Notes under the pieces: generated by a model | Told to the model about the DNA's origin: nothing | Database searches by the model: none | What the model saw: only the letters and a program-made list of their open reading frames with translations | Source: Mobula hypostoma | Lineage: Eukaryota | Length of the DNA: 64,000 nt | Direction: 5' to 3' | Assembly: GCF_963921235.1 (NCBI RefSeq) | Contig: NC_086108.1 | Location: 106,022,001 to 106,086,000, forward strand | Made by a program: the position numbers and the translations under genes | Part shown: positions 23,760 to 35,561 of the stretch, piece by piece | How positions within the stretch are numbered: position 1 is the stretch's first letter | Layout: each line of letters opens with the position of its first letter

Positions 23760-26645
23760 TGACATCTCCATACGTTCTCTCTGTACATCAGTGGTCCATC
23801 TGTGGCAGAAGTTGTACCCGGCTGCCACTTTTCAGTCCGGTAATCATGCGCAAGAACTCACTGTCCCACACTGAAGCTCCATGTTGACTTAGCATTCAAG
23901 TGTTTGAACTGTTTGTTCTCCACATCTTGCCGTACATCTGGTTTGAGAAGATCCATGCAAGACCTCAGGTTTCTGTTCAGAATCATCATCGCTGGAGTCT
24001 AATTAGTGGTTGCATGTATTGCATTATGATAGGCAAGGAGGAAGTTGTCTATCTTGTGTTGCAGTGGTCAATTTTCACTGTCCATTGCCTTGGTGGCTTT
24101 CTTGAATGTCTGTACAAATCTTTCTGCCAAGCCATTTGTGGATGGATGATAAGGGGCAGATGTAAACTACTTGATTCCATTGTTCTTCATAAAATTTTGG
24201 AATTCTTCAGACAAATTATCATCCATTGTGTGTGCAGATTTGTTCTGGTATGCCATGCCTGGCGAACATGGTCCTCAGCACTGTAATGGTCTTTTCCGAT
24301 GTGGTTGTCTTCATTTTGATGACCTCTGGCCATTTGGAACGTGCATTGACAGTGATTAAAAAAATAGAGTCCATGAATGGTCCAGCAAAGTCGTTGTGCA
24401 TTCGCTGCCATCGTGATGAGGGCCACTCCCATGGATGGAGAGAGGCTTGTGGTAGGATGTTCTGGATCTTTTGATATCCAGAGCAGTTCTTGGTCAAGTC
24501 CTCAATCTGTTTATCAATTCCTGGCCACCACACATAGGCACGGGCAAGACTTTTCATCTTCACGGTACCCAGGTGCCCCTCGTGCAGTTCCTCCAGCACT
24601 CTGGTGTGTAGCTTGGGAGGAATCACAACTTGTGAGCCACACATTAGTATTCCTTGACACACTGACAACTGATCCTTCCTCGCTGAGAAGGCTGGAAACA
24701 GTGTGTTACCCCGCACTGGCCATCCCTTTACCGTGATGTCATACACTTTTGACAACATAGGGTCATTGTGTGTTTCCCTTTCAGTAAGGCTATTTGTTAC
24801 CGGTAATTTTTCAACTATTGTTGTGTGAAAGACCTCTGCTGAATCCATTTGCGTAGTTATCTCAGAAGTCGGCAGTGGTAAACGTGACAAACCATCTGCG
24901 TTGCTGTGTTGCTTGGTCCCCTTGTGTTCAATGTCATACATGTGACCTCCGAAGAAAAGAGACCATTGCCTTTGTGCTGTCATCACTGGAATGTCTTTCC
25001 TTGTGTTGAAGATTGACATGAGAGGCTGATGGTCAGTCAACAGAGTAAACTTTTGACCATACAGGTAGTGACTGAATTTCTTGACTCCCCACACGAGGCT
25101 TAGGGCCTCTCTGTCAATCTGTGCGTAGTTGCGTTCAGCTGAAGTTAGCGTTCTTGAGGCAAAGGCTATTGGTCTTTCCAAGCCATCTGGAAACTTGTGT
25201 GATAACACAGCTCCTATCCCATGGGGCGAGGCATCACAAGCTAGTCGGATAGGTAAGGAGGGGTCAAAGTGCGTGAGCACCCCTTCTGAAGTTATGAGTC
25301 TTTTAGTTTCTTGAAACGCTTTCTCACAGCTCTCAGTCCACTTCCATTGTGTCTCTGTCTGTAATAATGCATTTAATGGGTGTAGGACTGTTGATAGGTT
25401 AGGCAAGAGCTTGTGGTAATAGTTCACTAGTCCAAGATATGCTCTCAGCTGAGACACATTTTCAGGTGGTTGTGCCTTAAGCACCACTTCTATCTTGTCT
25501 TGAGACATCCTTGTTGATCACATGCCCACAGTATGAGATTTCCTTTTTGAAAAGCTCACATTTCTGTCGATTAGCTCTGAGCCTATATTCTCATAACCCC
25601 TGGTGAGCGCTTGTTTCAAGTTAGAAAGATGTTCGTTGTCATCATTTTGCCGGTGACAATGATGTCATCCAGGTAACACTGAGTCCCTGGAATCCCCTGC
25701 AGAACCCGGTCCATTTCCCTTTGCCAGATTGCAGGAGCTGATGCTATCCCAAACACCAATCTGTTGTACTGGTAAAGTCCTTTGTGTGTATTTATTGTCA
25801 GGTATTTCTTGAATGCTTCATCGATTTCCATTTGGAGGTAAGTCCGGGTCAAATCGATTTTTGTGAAATGATCCCCTCCTGACGGGGAAGCAAAGATGTC
25901 CTCAATATGAGGTAGAGGATACTGTACTGTGTGGAGAACCGGGTTAACAGTCACTTTAAGGTCACCACATATGTGCACCTTACTTGGATTTCCAGGTTTT
26001 GTGCTGGAGCTTTTCTTCATCACTGGAACAATGGGCGTGGCCCATTCACTCCAATCCACCTTTGAGGACCCCAGTCTGCTCCAGATTTTTCAGCTCTGCC
26101 TCTACTGTTGGACAGATTGCATATGGCACTGGTCTGGCTTTGTAAAATTTTGGACATGCATTTTCCTCAATCTAAATCTTTGCCTTCATGCCCTGAAGTG
26201 TTCCTATTCCTTTCATGAACACTTCCTCAGAGTCAGCAAGTATTTGTGACAGTCTCTCAGATGTAGCCTTTGCAGACACATCTAGTGCCTTGATGGTGTG
26301 CCAATCCAACTGAATTTTCCTGAGCCATTCATGTCCCAGCAGTGGTGGTCCTCGATTTTTCAGTACATAGAGGTTCAGCTGCTGTGTTTTGTCTCCGTGG
26401 GTCACTGTCACATTAATTTTACCTTTGGGATGCACCTTCTGTCCTGTGTAAGTCTTTAGCAGTAGTTTAGTTCGTTTCAGATATATGTGAGAAAACAGTT
26501 GACTGTAGTCATGTACAGAGATTACTGTTAAAGCTGACCCTGTGTCCAACTCCATTTTTAGTCTCACGCCTGCCACTTGTGGAGTGATCCACATTACTCT
26601 TCGATCATCTGTGTCTTTCAAGCCGTGAAGTTGCAGACAAGACAA
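23760..26645 (-). pseudogene. pol: Gypsy pol (protease, RT, RNase H, integrase), broken
   Basis: 'LDTGS' protease, 'FGIASAPAIWQ..YLDD' RT, 'CDASPHGIGAVL..NYAQIDREAL' RNase H, 'LHEGHLG..WWPGID..DFAGP' integrase. Confidence 0.92.
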
Positions 26646-26657
26646 TTCACTTTTGTC

Positions 26658-28485
26658 TCAGTCATTCACATCAGCATTGTTTTCTTTCATTTTGTGCACA
26701 TTGTTGTATTTTCCTTTCTGGGGTTTCTTTTTTCTCAGTATTTTGTCCTTTTTCTGCTGTTTATTAGTTTTGCATACTCTGCCAATGTGGCCCTGTTTGC
26801 CACAGTTTTTGCATTCTTTATTTTTAAACCTACAATCATCAGGGTCATGTGACCTGTTCCCACAATGGTAACATTTCTTTCTTTCATTTCTGTTCAGTCG
26901 CATTTTACTTGTGGCATATTCCAGAGATTTTTGTTGTATCTCAGAAGCACTTCGTGCGGCTGTTTCTAATGATAGTGCTTTCTCGAATGTAAGGTCCTTT
27001 TCACAAAAGAGCTTCTTCTGTGTGGTTTCACAGTGCATGCCACACACTAACCTGTCCCTCAATGTGTCTGATAGACCAGCTCCAAGTCGACAATGTTCTG
27101 CTAATTTGCGCAATTCAGTGCAATACTCAGAAATGCTTTCATTTTTGCTCTGATTCCGTTTATGGAATTTAAATCCTTCCACAATTACCAGCGGTTTGGG
27201 GTTTAAATGCTGTTGGAGAGTGCCTACTATTTGCTTGAATGTTTTGTCAGCTGGCTTTTCAGGGGTTAACAAGCTCCGTAGCAGGCCGTATGTTTTCGTG
27301 CCCATTACGTCTACACTACGCCAGATAATTCTGAAAACGCCGGTTTCAACTAAGAATGACAGGTGTCCACACTAAGCATTTTTCAAAATATCTCTGTCCA
27401 TATTAGATGGATATTTGGGCGAATCTCCTCCTACTGGGTGTGCACAGGACACATAGAAAACAAGCGAAGAGGAAACAGTATACCTGGTGCGCGTTTGTCC
27501 AGTTACAGAGTAGAAAAACTTAAAAGGAATTGCTCTTGGCTCTCGTGCAGGAGGACTTAAAACTAAAAAAATCAAATACTGGAGCTTATGGAGGCAACTG
27601 ACAGGGAGTTCACGGACAGTATGACCGGGCTGACGACGAACATTGAAAAACTGACTAACTCTGTTGCATTAATAAAGCACCTTGTTAAATGTATAAAACA
27701 TGTCTGCATCAGTGTTATCTTGTATTTCCATACAATGTTACATTAGGTTGTTACACATCTATTGTCAGAGAAGTACTTGCATAAATAAGTAAACCACCTT
27801 GGTTCTTGATCCTCGATCCTCCAAAATATTCCGCATGGAATTTAAACTGGAGGTGGCGGAGGGTGTTTTCTGTCCTTACCTTCATACAAGCAAGGACAGA
27901 AAACAGGGCAAAGTGAGTATACTTATTTATTCAGTAAGCTATGGGTCGAAGTATTTGGTGAGTACATTTCTAACTCTTCTGGCTTCAGTCTCGTTGCCGT
28001 CTGTTCTGAAATTGTTAGGTTCTGCGAAGCGCAGAATCAAATATCGCTGTGATGATTGTACGCTCTAGTATCAATTGTTTGACGACAATAAAGTAATAAT
28101 AATAATAAGAAGAAGAAGAAAACAATGAAATGCCGGGCTGCCACCATCTGTTGCAGCACGTCATGAAAAACGCTCCGTTTACCATGTCCACACTGCAATG
28201 GATATTAGGCGTTTTCAGATTTATTCACTCTGGAGACCGTTTCTGAAAATCTCCATTTTTGGGGGATGAAAACGCCGTTTTACTGTGGACAGAGGGTCAA
28301 AAGGAAGAGAAAAAGCTTTGTTTTCAAAATTATCCGGCGTAGTGTAGATGTAGCCTAAGTAAGATGCTGGCTTTCTTTTCTTCATTAACATTATTAGCAT
28401 CACAATACAACTCTATTCTTTCAATATAAGTTTCCCAGTCTTCAATGCCACTATCAAATGCTGTAATGGTTCCAATTAACACCAT
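26658..28485 (-). pseudogene. gag: Gypsy gag, split by a Harbinger-like element
   Basis: ATG at 28483-28485 gives 'MVLIGTITAFDSGIEDWETYIERIELYC..KKASILL', resuming 'MGTKTYGLLRSL..LRDRLVCG' with two CCHC knuckles. Confidence 0.88.
27306..28355. mobile_element. PIF/Harbinger-like non-autonomous DNA transposon
   Basis: ~30-bp TIR 'tacgtctacactacgccagataattctgaaaa' / 'ttttcaaaattatccggcgtagtgtagatgtagcc' followed by TAA; interrupts gag; the outermost bases of the left end are missing. Confidence 0.75.
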
Positions 28486-28834
28486 CCTTGTTATGTGAAT
28501 TAAGCCCCGGTCCCTTGTTAATTAAGCCCCGGTCCCTTGTTTTCTTTTTGACTCTGGTGACCTTTTTTTTTGCTAATGCCACAAGCGTACTCTAGCTAGA
28601 TGCATGTGTCACTCCTTTTTTTTAATCTCCCTTCTGGAGCAGGCAGACCCTCAGCCCCGGCTGTGGTCTCTTGGTCTCCCGGAATGCTGCTGCTCCAACT
28701 GTGTCTCTGATTCCTTTCAGACTTGCTGCCTCTCCAGCTTCTTAGCTTGTACCTTGCTCTCCTTTCCCCAGTGCCATTACCAAATAAACACGGCGTTCCG
28801 ATACGACGTAGCTACATTAACCTCATCACCAATT

Positions 28835-29037
28835 TGTTGTGTATGTGGCCGTTTACACAACAATATCATTAATAAAAACGCTGGAGACTGGAGTTACATT
28901 AACAGGGTTCTTTACTAACTGAAACCAAACTAAAACACACACGTACAGATCAATACACGCCTAATAGTACATGTTCAATACGAAGTATTACTACAACATA
29001 AAGTAGTCCTATATTATACAGTAGGCTACATGGTACA
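28835..29037 (-). repeat. Gypsy 5' LTR (203 bp)
   Basis: TG...CA termini, adjacent PBS and TSD. Confidence 0.92.
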
Positions 29038-29221
29038 GGTGTGGTAGAATCAGATACATTAGAGACATTTTAAAAACTCTTAGATAGGCACATGGATGAT
29101 GGAAAAATCAGGACTCAAGATGAAAGCTGTTGGCGCAAAATGTTGACTCTTCATTCCTCTCCATAGATGCTGCTTGACCTGCTGAATTCCTCCAGCAATT
29201 TGTATGTATTACCTGCATCTC

Positions 29222-29720
29222 AAAGTTCAAAGTTCAAAGTAAACTTTATTATCAGGTACATATATGTCACCAGAGACAACTCTGAAATTCATTTTCCTGC
29301 AGGCATGCTTAGCAAATCTAAATCTGTAACTATAACAGGATCGATGAAAGACAACAAACTGTGCAATTTCAAATATAAACACAGTAAATAGCAATAAATA
29401 ATGAGAACATGAAATAAGATAAAGATTCCTTAAAGTGATAGCATTGCTTGTGGAAACTTTTCATTGAAAAGGCAAGTGAAGTTGAATGCAGTTATCCCCT
29501 TTTGTTCAAGAGTCTGATAGTTGAGGGGTAGTAACCATTCTTGAAGCTAGTGGTGTGAGTATCAAGGCTCTTGTACCTTCTATCTGATGGCAACAGCAAG
29601 AAAAGAGCTTGCTGGGTGGTGAGAATCTCTGATGATGGATGCTGCTTTCTTATGACAGCATTTCATGTAGATGTGCTCAGCGGTTGGGAGGGCTTTACCT
29701 GTGATGTACTGGGCCAAACT
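29222..29720 (-). mobile_element. Rex1/Babar 3' fragment with (TTGAAC)-type tail
   Basis: 'ctcttgtaccttctatctgatggcaacagc..gatgctgctttc' is similar to other Rex1 copies. Confidence 0.65.
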
Positions 29721-30819
29721 GCTTCACTCTGAGCTGTTGTAGTTCAGGCGGTGAAGCCATTCCGACAGTCAGTTTGTAAGTTCCAGGTTTTTAACCTGCA
29801 ATCAAATGAAAGCAGTAATATAAATCTGAGAGAAGGTAGATTTATGGGTCTGGTGACAGTATGCATTTCTGCCTGGTGCCTTTGTCCTTCTTGACAGTGG
29901 AGTTTGTGGGTTTAGAGGTGATATTTGGGAAGAATGTTTAATAGATTTATGATCAGATTGCTCTTAAACTGCAAGTTTAATGGAGCAGTTAATCAGATTA
30001 AAACAGGACCCCCCATTAAAACAGCCAAAAGAGGAATTTGTTGCAAGCTCATTAATTATTTGCAGGGAAACTTTGCCAATAGATTTTTCTGGTCTATAAT
30101 TCTGAGAGCACATATCCACTAAATCTGCAAGTTAATATTTTCTCACTTGATTGAGTGAGTGAAGTAAGATGGATTTTTTTTCTTCTCTTACACAGTTTCA
30201 AAAGAAGAACAACAAATAAAGCAAGCTGTGACTTTGCATTTAGTGAGATTAATGGGATTTTATGTGATATTATATGTCTGTGCTGAGTCCATATGAACAG
30301 ATGTACGGTATATTACTCACTAATTCTTTCCTTCTTTTTCAGTTCATGAACCAGAAGGATTTATTTGGCAAAAAAAAAAGAAGCAACAAATGTTTAAAAT
30401 GAGGTTGAATATTTTTTGAAATACTTGCCTGGGCATATGTATATTTTCAGGAAGACAGCTGGCAGATGTTTACATGGCTTATCGTTAAAGATCGCAGAAC
30501 TTGTTCATTAAGGATACCAAAATCTGGTTTATGTTTTAAAGTGCAAATCTGTTCCCATGAACTTGGAGTATTTGCAAAAGGGCGTGTTCATTGTGTGGGA
30601 TGGCCAGAATGAAGTCTGATACCAAGGCAATCACTGATGTTTAAGGTGGGGAGGCTGGGGGCAAGTTTTGTCTCCTCCAGTCTGTTTCTAATTGGTTGCA
30701 CTGTTTAAATTGGTAAATTGCTTCGTTATTGTTACATGCAACGAGTTACAGCGAAAACGTGCTGTCCATTTTGTCGCAGCAGTGCATTGAGGTAGCGCAA
30801 TGGAAAAGAATACCAGAAA

Positions 30820-31260
30820 GAAGAACAAAGCACTGCACAGGATTGGAAAAAGCTGCTGAGGGTTATAAACTCAGCCAGTTCATTCACAGGAACTAGCCTC
30901 CCCACCACTGAGCACATCTTCAAAAAGGTGATACCTCAAGAAGGCGACATCCATCACTAAGGACCCATGCCACCTAGGACATGCTCTCTTCTCGTTGCTA
31001 CCATTACAGAGGAGGTTCTGGAGCCTGAAAAAGCACACTCATCGTTTCAGGAACAGCTTCTTCCCTCTGCCGTCAGATTTCTGAACTGTCCATGAACCCA
31101 TGAACGTTATCTTACTATTTTTGCTCCCTCCTTGTGCTACCTATTTAATTATTTCTTATTGTAATTTACTGTAGTTTATGTATCGCACTTCTTTGCTGCC
31201 ACTAATCGATAAATTACATGACATATGTTAGTGAAAACAAACTTGATTCTGATTCTAATG
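30820..31260 (+). mobile_element. Rex1/Babar 3' fragment
   Basis: Reverse-complement similarity to 202-700; 'gattctgattct' tail. Confidence 0.7.
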
Positions 31261-31869
31261 TTGTATTACAATTACAGAGGAAGTGTTGTGCATCCAAGGA
31301 GTCTCTCTACATGTCTCTTTTTCACATTAAAGCAGCCAACATCATCAAGGACCACTCTCCCCACCACCCCCAACCTGGATATTCTTTCTTCTCATCCCTC
31401 TCAATGGTCAGAAGGTATAAAAGCCTAAATGTAAGCACCATTAGGCTCAAGAACAGCTTCGACCCCACCGTTATAAGACTATTAAACAATCCCCGAGAAC
31501 AGAGGTTCCAATCTGAGATCTACAGACCCCTTGTTTAATGGTATTGGTCCATGCCCTAGAATGATATGGAGGATATTGACCTCACAATCTACTTCATCAT
31601 CGCCTTGCACAGGGGGATGCAGACGCAGAGGGCATGAAGCTGAACAAATTGCTGACTGGAAACGGAGAGTGGATGTAAAGGTATATACCATTCTCAGTGG
31701 AACACAGATTGTAGTGGTGTTCCCGGAGACACCGTAGACTGTAGATGCCGGAATCCAGAGTAAAAAAAACAAACTGCTGGAGGAAGGCAGTGGGTTGAGC
31801 AGCATCTGTGAAGGGTGAACAAATGTTCAGCGTCAAATGAATCTGTGTCAGTGTTCTCAGTCGAGACCC

Positions 31870-33404
31870 TGTATCCCTCGGACTTTGAAGGAGACTGGTG
31901 TTGAAATTGCAGGGGCCCTGGCAGAAATATTTAAAATGTCGCTGTCTGCAGGTGAGGTGCAGGAGGATTGGAGAGTGGCTCATGTTGTTCCATTGTTTAA
32001 AAAAGGATCGAAAAGTAATCCGGGAAATTATAGGCCGGTAAGTTTAACGTCGGTAGTAGGTAAGTTATTGGAGGGAGTACAAAGAGACAGAATCTACAAG
32101 CATTTGGATAGACAGGGACTTATTAGGGAGAGTCAACATGGCTTTGTGCATGGTAGGTCATGTTTGACCAATCTATTGGAATTTTTCGAGGAGGTTACCA
32201 GGAAAGTGGATGAAAGGAAGGCAGTGGATATTGTCTACATGGAATTCAGTAAGGCCTTTGACAAGGTCCCGCATGGGAGGTTAGTTAGGAAAATTCAGTC
32301 ACTAGGTATACATGGAGAGGTGGTAAATTGGATCAGACATTGGCTCAATGGAAGAAGCCAAAGAGTGGTGGTAGAGAATTGCTTCTCCGAGTGGAGGCCT
32401 GTGACTAGTGGTGTGCCACAGGGATCAGTGCTGGGTCCATTGTTATTTGTCATCTATATCAATGATCTGGATGATAATGTGGTAAATTGGATCAGCAAAT
32501 TTGCTGATGATACAAAGATTGGAGGTGTAGTAGACAATGAGGAAGGTTTTTAGAGCCTGCAGAGGGACTTGGACCAGCTGGAAAAATGGGCTGAAAAATG
32601 GCAGATGGAGTTTAATACAGACAAGTGTGAGGTATTGCACGTTGGAAGGACAAACCAAGGTAGAACATACAGGGTTAATGGTAAGGCACTGAGGAGTGCA
32701 GTGGAACAGAGGGATCTGGGAATACAGATACAAAATTCCCTAAAAGTGGCGTCACAGGTAGATAGGGTTGTAAAGAGAGCTTTTGGTACATTGACCTTTA
32801 TTAATGAAAGTATTGAGTATAAGAGCTGGAATGTTATGATGAGGTTGTATAAGGCATTGGTGAGGCCGAATCTGGAATATTGTGTTCAGTTTTGGTCACC
32901 AAATTACAGGAAGGTTATAAATAAGGTTGAAAGAGTGCAGAGAAGGTTTACAAGGATGTTGCCGGGACTTGAGAAACTCAGTTACAGAGAAAGGTTGAAT
33001 AGGTTAGGACTTTATTCCCTGGAGCGTAGAAGAATGAGGGGAGATTTGATAGAGGTATATAAAATTATGATTGGTATAGATAGAGTGAATGCAAGCAGGC
33101 TTTTTCCACTGAGGCAAGGGGAGAAACCAACCAGAGGACATGGGTTAAGGGTGAGAGGGGAAATGTTTAAAGGGAACATAAAGGGGGGCTTCTTCACACA
33201 GAGAGTGGTGGGAGTATGGAATGAGCTGCCAGATGAGGTGGTAAATGCGGGTTCTTTTCTAACATTTAAGAATAAATTGGACAGATACATGGATGGGAGG
33301 TGTATGGAGGGATATGGTCCGTGTGCAGGTCAGTGGGACTAGGCAGAAAATGGTTCGAAAGGCCTGTTTCTGTGCTGTAGTTTCTATGGTTCTATGGTTC
33401 TATC
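31870..33404 (+). mobile_element. CR1 LINE (second family), 5'-truncated RT with one premature stop
   Basis: ORFs 31837-32553 and 32569-33342 are in the same frame separated by TAG; '[17 protein letters not shown]'; (TTCTATGG)n tail. Confidence 0.93.
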
Positions 33405-34422
33405 AGGTTGAGGGTGCGGGGGAGACTGCAAGCATAAACAGGGGTGAAATAAGAGTCTGTTCGGTGATCCCACAAGTTGGTGAAGATGTAATAATGACAA
33501 CAAAGCACTAGCAGATATTTCTACACTTATTACTGCCTTGAACTGGGCCATGGATGATCCCAGGCCCAGCTGTGAAAGGAAAAGGGTTGGGCACGGGAGT
33601 AGCCCATCCAGTAAAAACTCTGTGCTACAGAAACAACAACAGGAGCTCCAAAGATTCGAGGACTCTGGCGAGCTGCTGTCGGTGACCAATGCCCAGTAGG
33701 GGCGATGGGCGATGGGCTTAAGTAAGTGAGTCTCACTGCTTTGGCAAAGCAGCTACATTATCACAGAGCCCACCCAACCCAGGAATTCTCTCTTCTACCT
33801 AGTGTGCAGAAGATTTCAAAAACCTAAAGGTATGTACCACCTAGCTCAAGCACAGCTTCTACTCTGCTGGGATAAGACTATTATTGAACAGTCCCCTAGT
33901 ATGAAGGACCCTTGGCCTCACTGTCAGCCTTGTTATGATCTTGCACCTTATTGTTTACATGCATTGCACTTTCTCTGTAACTGTAACACTTTATTCTGCA
34001 TTGTGGTATCGCTTTCCCTTGTACTGCCTCAATGCACTTCTGTAATGAAATGATCTGTATGGACGGCATCCAAAACAATTGATCACTGTGTTACTGTTTA
34101 TCCCTTTCCATCGATGCTGACTGACTTGTTGAGTTCTTCCAGCACCTCATGAGTGTTGCTGAAGATTTCCAGCATCTACAGAATGCCTTATGTTTATGAG
34201 GGTCATGGTACAGTGGCCAATTAATATACCGTCACACACAACTTTAGGAAGTGTGAAGGAAATGGAGAAGATGGAGGAAACCCACGTAGCCACAAGAAAA
34301 ACATGCAAATTCCACCAGCATTGCATGGAGGTCAGGAATGTACGGTTCTGCCAATGTCCTGCCCCACAATAGTGGAAACCGAACAAAGGATTATATAAGA
34401 CAGACTCTAATAAATCAAATAT

Positions 34423-35347
34423 CACTGGACAACAACTTTTTTCAAAACTGTTGCTTCCTCAGAGATTGTTTTTGTTTATGATAGACTGCTTGAAGTTAAG
34501 CACAAATGTAACTTCAGAGTATTTGTATCATGTAGGGATTTGGAAAAACATTTATTGAATGTAATGTATTTAATTACACAACGGTGCTGATGCATTGCAA
34601 TAGTTCAACTAAATTAAAAATGTTTTGTTGACAATTTTCATTTGTACTCAGTGTCTGAGGCTTCACACTTAAGTGTCCAACAATAATCAGCCAGCATTGG
34701 TGGATTCCAGTTGCCCGGGTACTGTTTCTTCATGACCGCAATGTCCTGGTGAAACCTTTCACTATGCTTGTCACTGACAGTGCCAAGATTTGCAAGGAAG
34801 AAGTCTAAATAGGAATGTAGAAAATGAATCTTTAGTGACATACTATACTTCATGGTTTTGTATGCCTGAAACATGTTGTCATCCAGCTGCTCATAGTTTG
34901 ATGCTCTATAGTTGCCAAGAACATTCTTGAATGCCTTCTATTCAATTGTTTTCAGTCCCACTAAAAGTTCTTTACACTGTCTGTCACTGATGACTAACAA
35001 AAATGCCTTCCTTAATCTTGGCATCAGTTATTCTGTGAAACGTTTGTCTCAAATATCAAAATCTTTTATGGAAATTTATAGCCTTTCTAACACCTGTCCT
35101 GCCAAGCAGCATCTGCCCTGCTTAAGAATCCCCAGGCATGCCTGGACAAAATAGAGAACTTTCCAGCTTACATTGTGGGCAACATTTTACTTGACTTGAA
35201 TTTTGAATAGAAACAACAAATATGGATCATTTTTTTAAAAAATGGTGCACGATGGGGAAATTTCAAGGTGATTTTTATAATCAGCAGCCCAAAATCCATA
35301 AGATACCCCCACAAGTATTCAGGAAGCAAAATCTTTATCGTCCAGTG
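34423..35347 (-). mobile_element. Chapaev3-like (CMC) DNA transposon, internally deleted
   Basis: TIR CACTGGACAACAA / TTATCGTCCAGTG; ORF 34638-34874 'MSLKIHFLHSYLDFF.NLGTVSDKHSERFHQDI..MLADYCW' matches my recollection of the Chapaev3 transposase C-terminus. Confidence 0.7.
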
Positions 35348-35561
35348 TAATAGATCTGAATGGGTAGTTAGAATATGAAGCTCACTTTAGCATTGTAAAT
35401 AGGCTTAACAACATCTTTCTCCACAACCACTCAACTATCTGTTCTGACACTCTGGTTCCCATTCCCCTGCAACCCTAGATTTAACATCAACCCCCCGCCC
35501 TCCACCCCCACCCCCACAATCATGCAGCAATAGCAAACTGCTAGGAATAATAATCTTTTAT

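Larger units (their letters stand above)
17141..29037 (-). mobile_element. Ty3/Gypsy (Mag-like) LTR retrotransposon, complete structure but decayed, with three nested insertions
   Basis: Two ~200-bp TG...CA LTRs, 5-bp TSD GGTGT (17136-17140, 29038-29042), PBS TGGTGATGAGG (28821-28831, -), PPT at 19295-19312 (-), gag-PR-RT-RH-IN order. Confidence 0.93.

Noticed and set aside
28499..28541. ~21-bp tandem duplication 'attaagccccggtcccttgtt' in the Gypsy leader
   Set aside because: Ordinary local slippage duplication with no evidence of function
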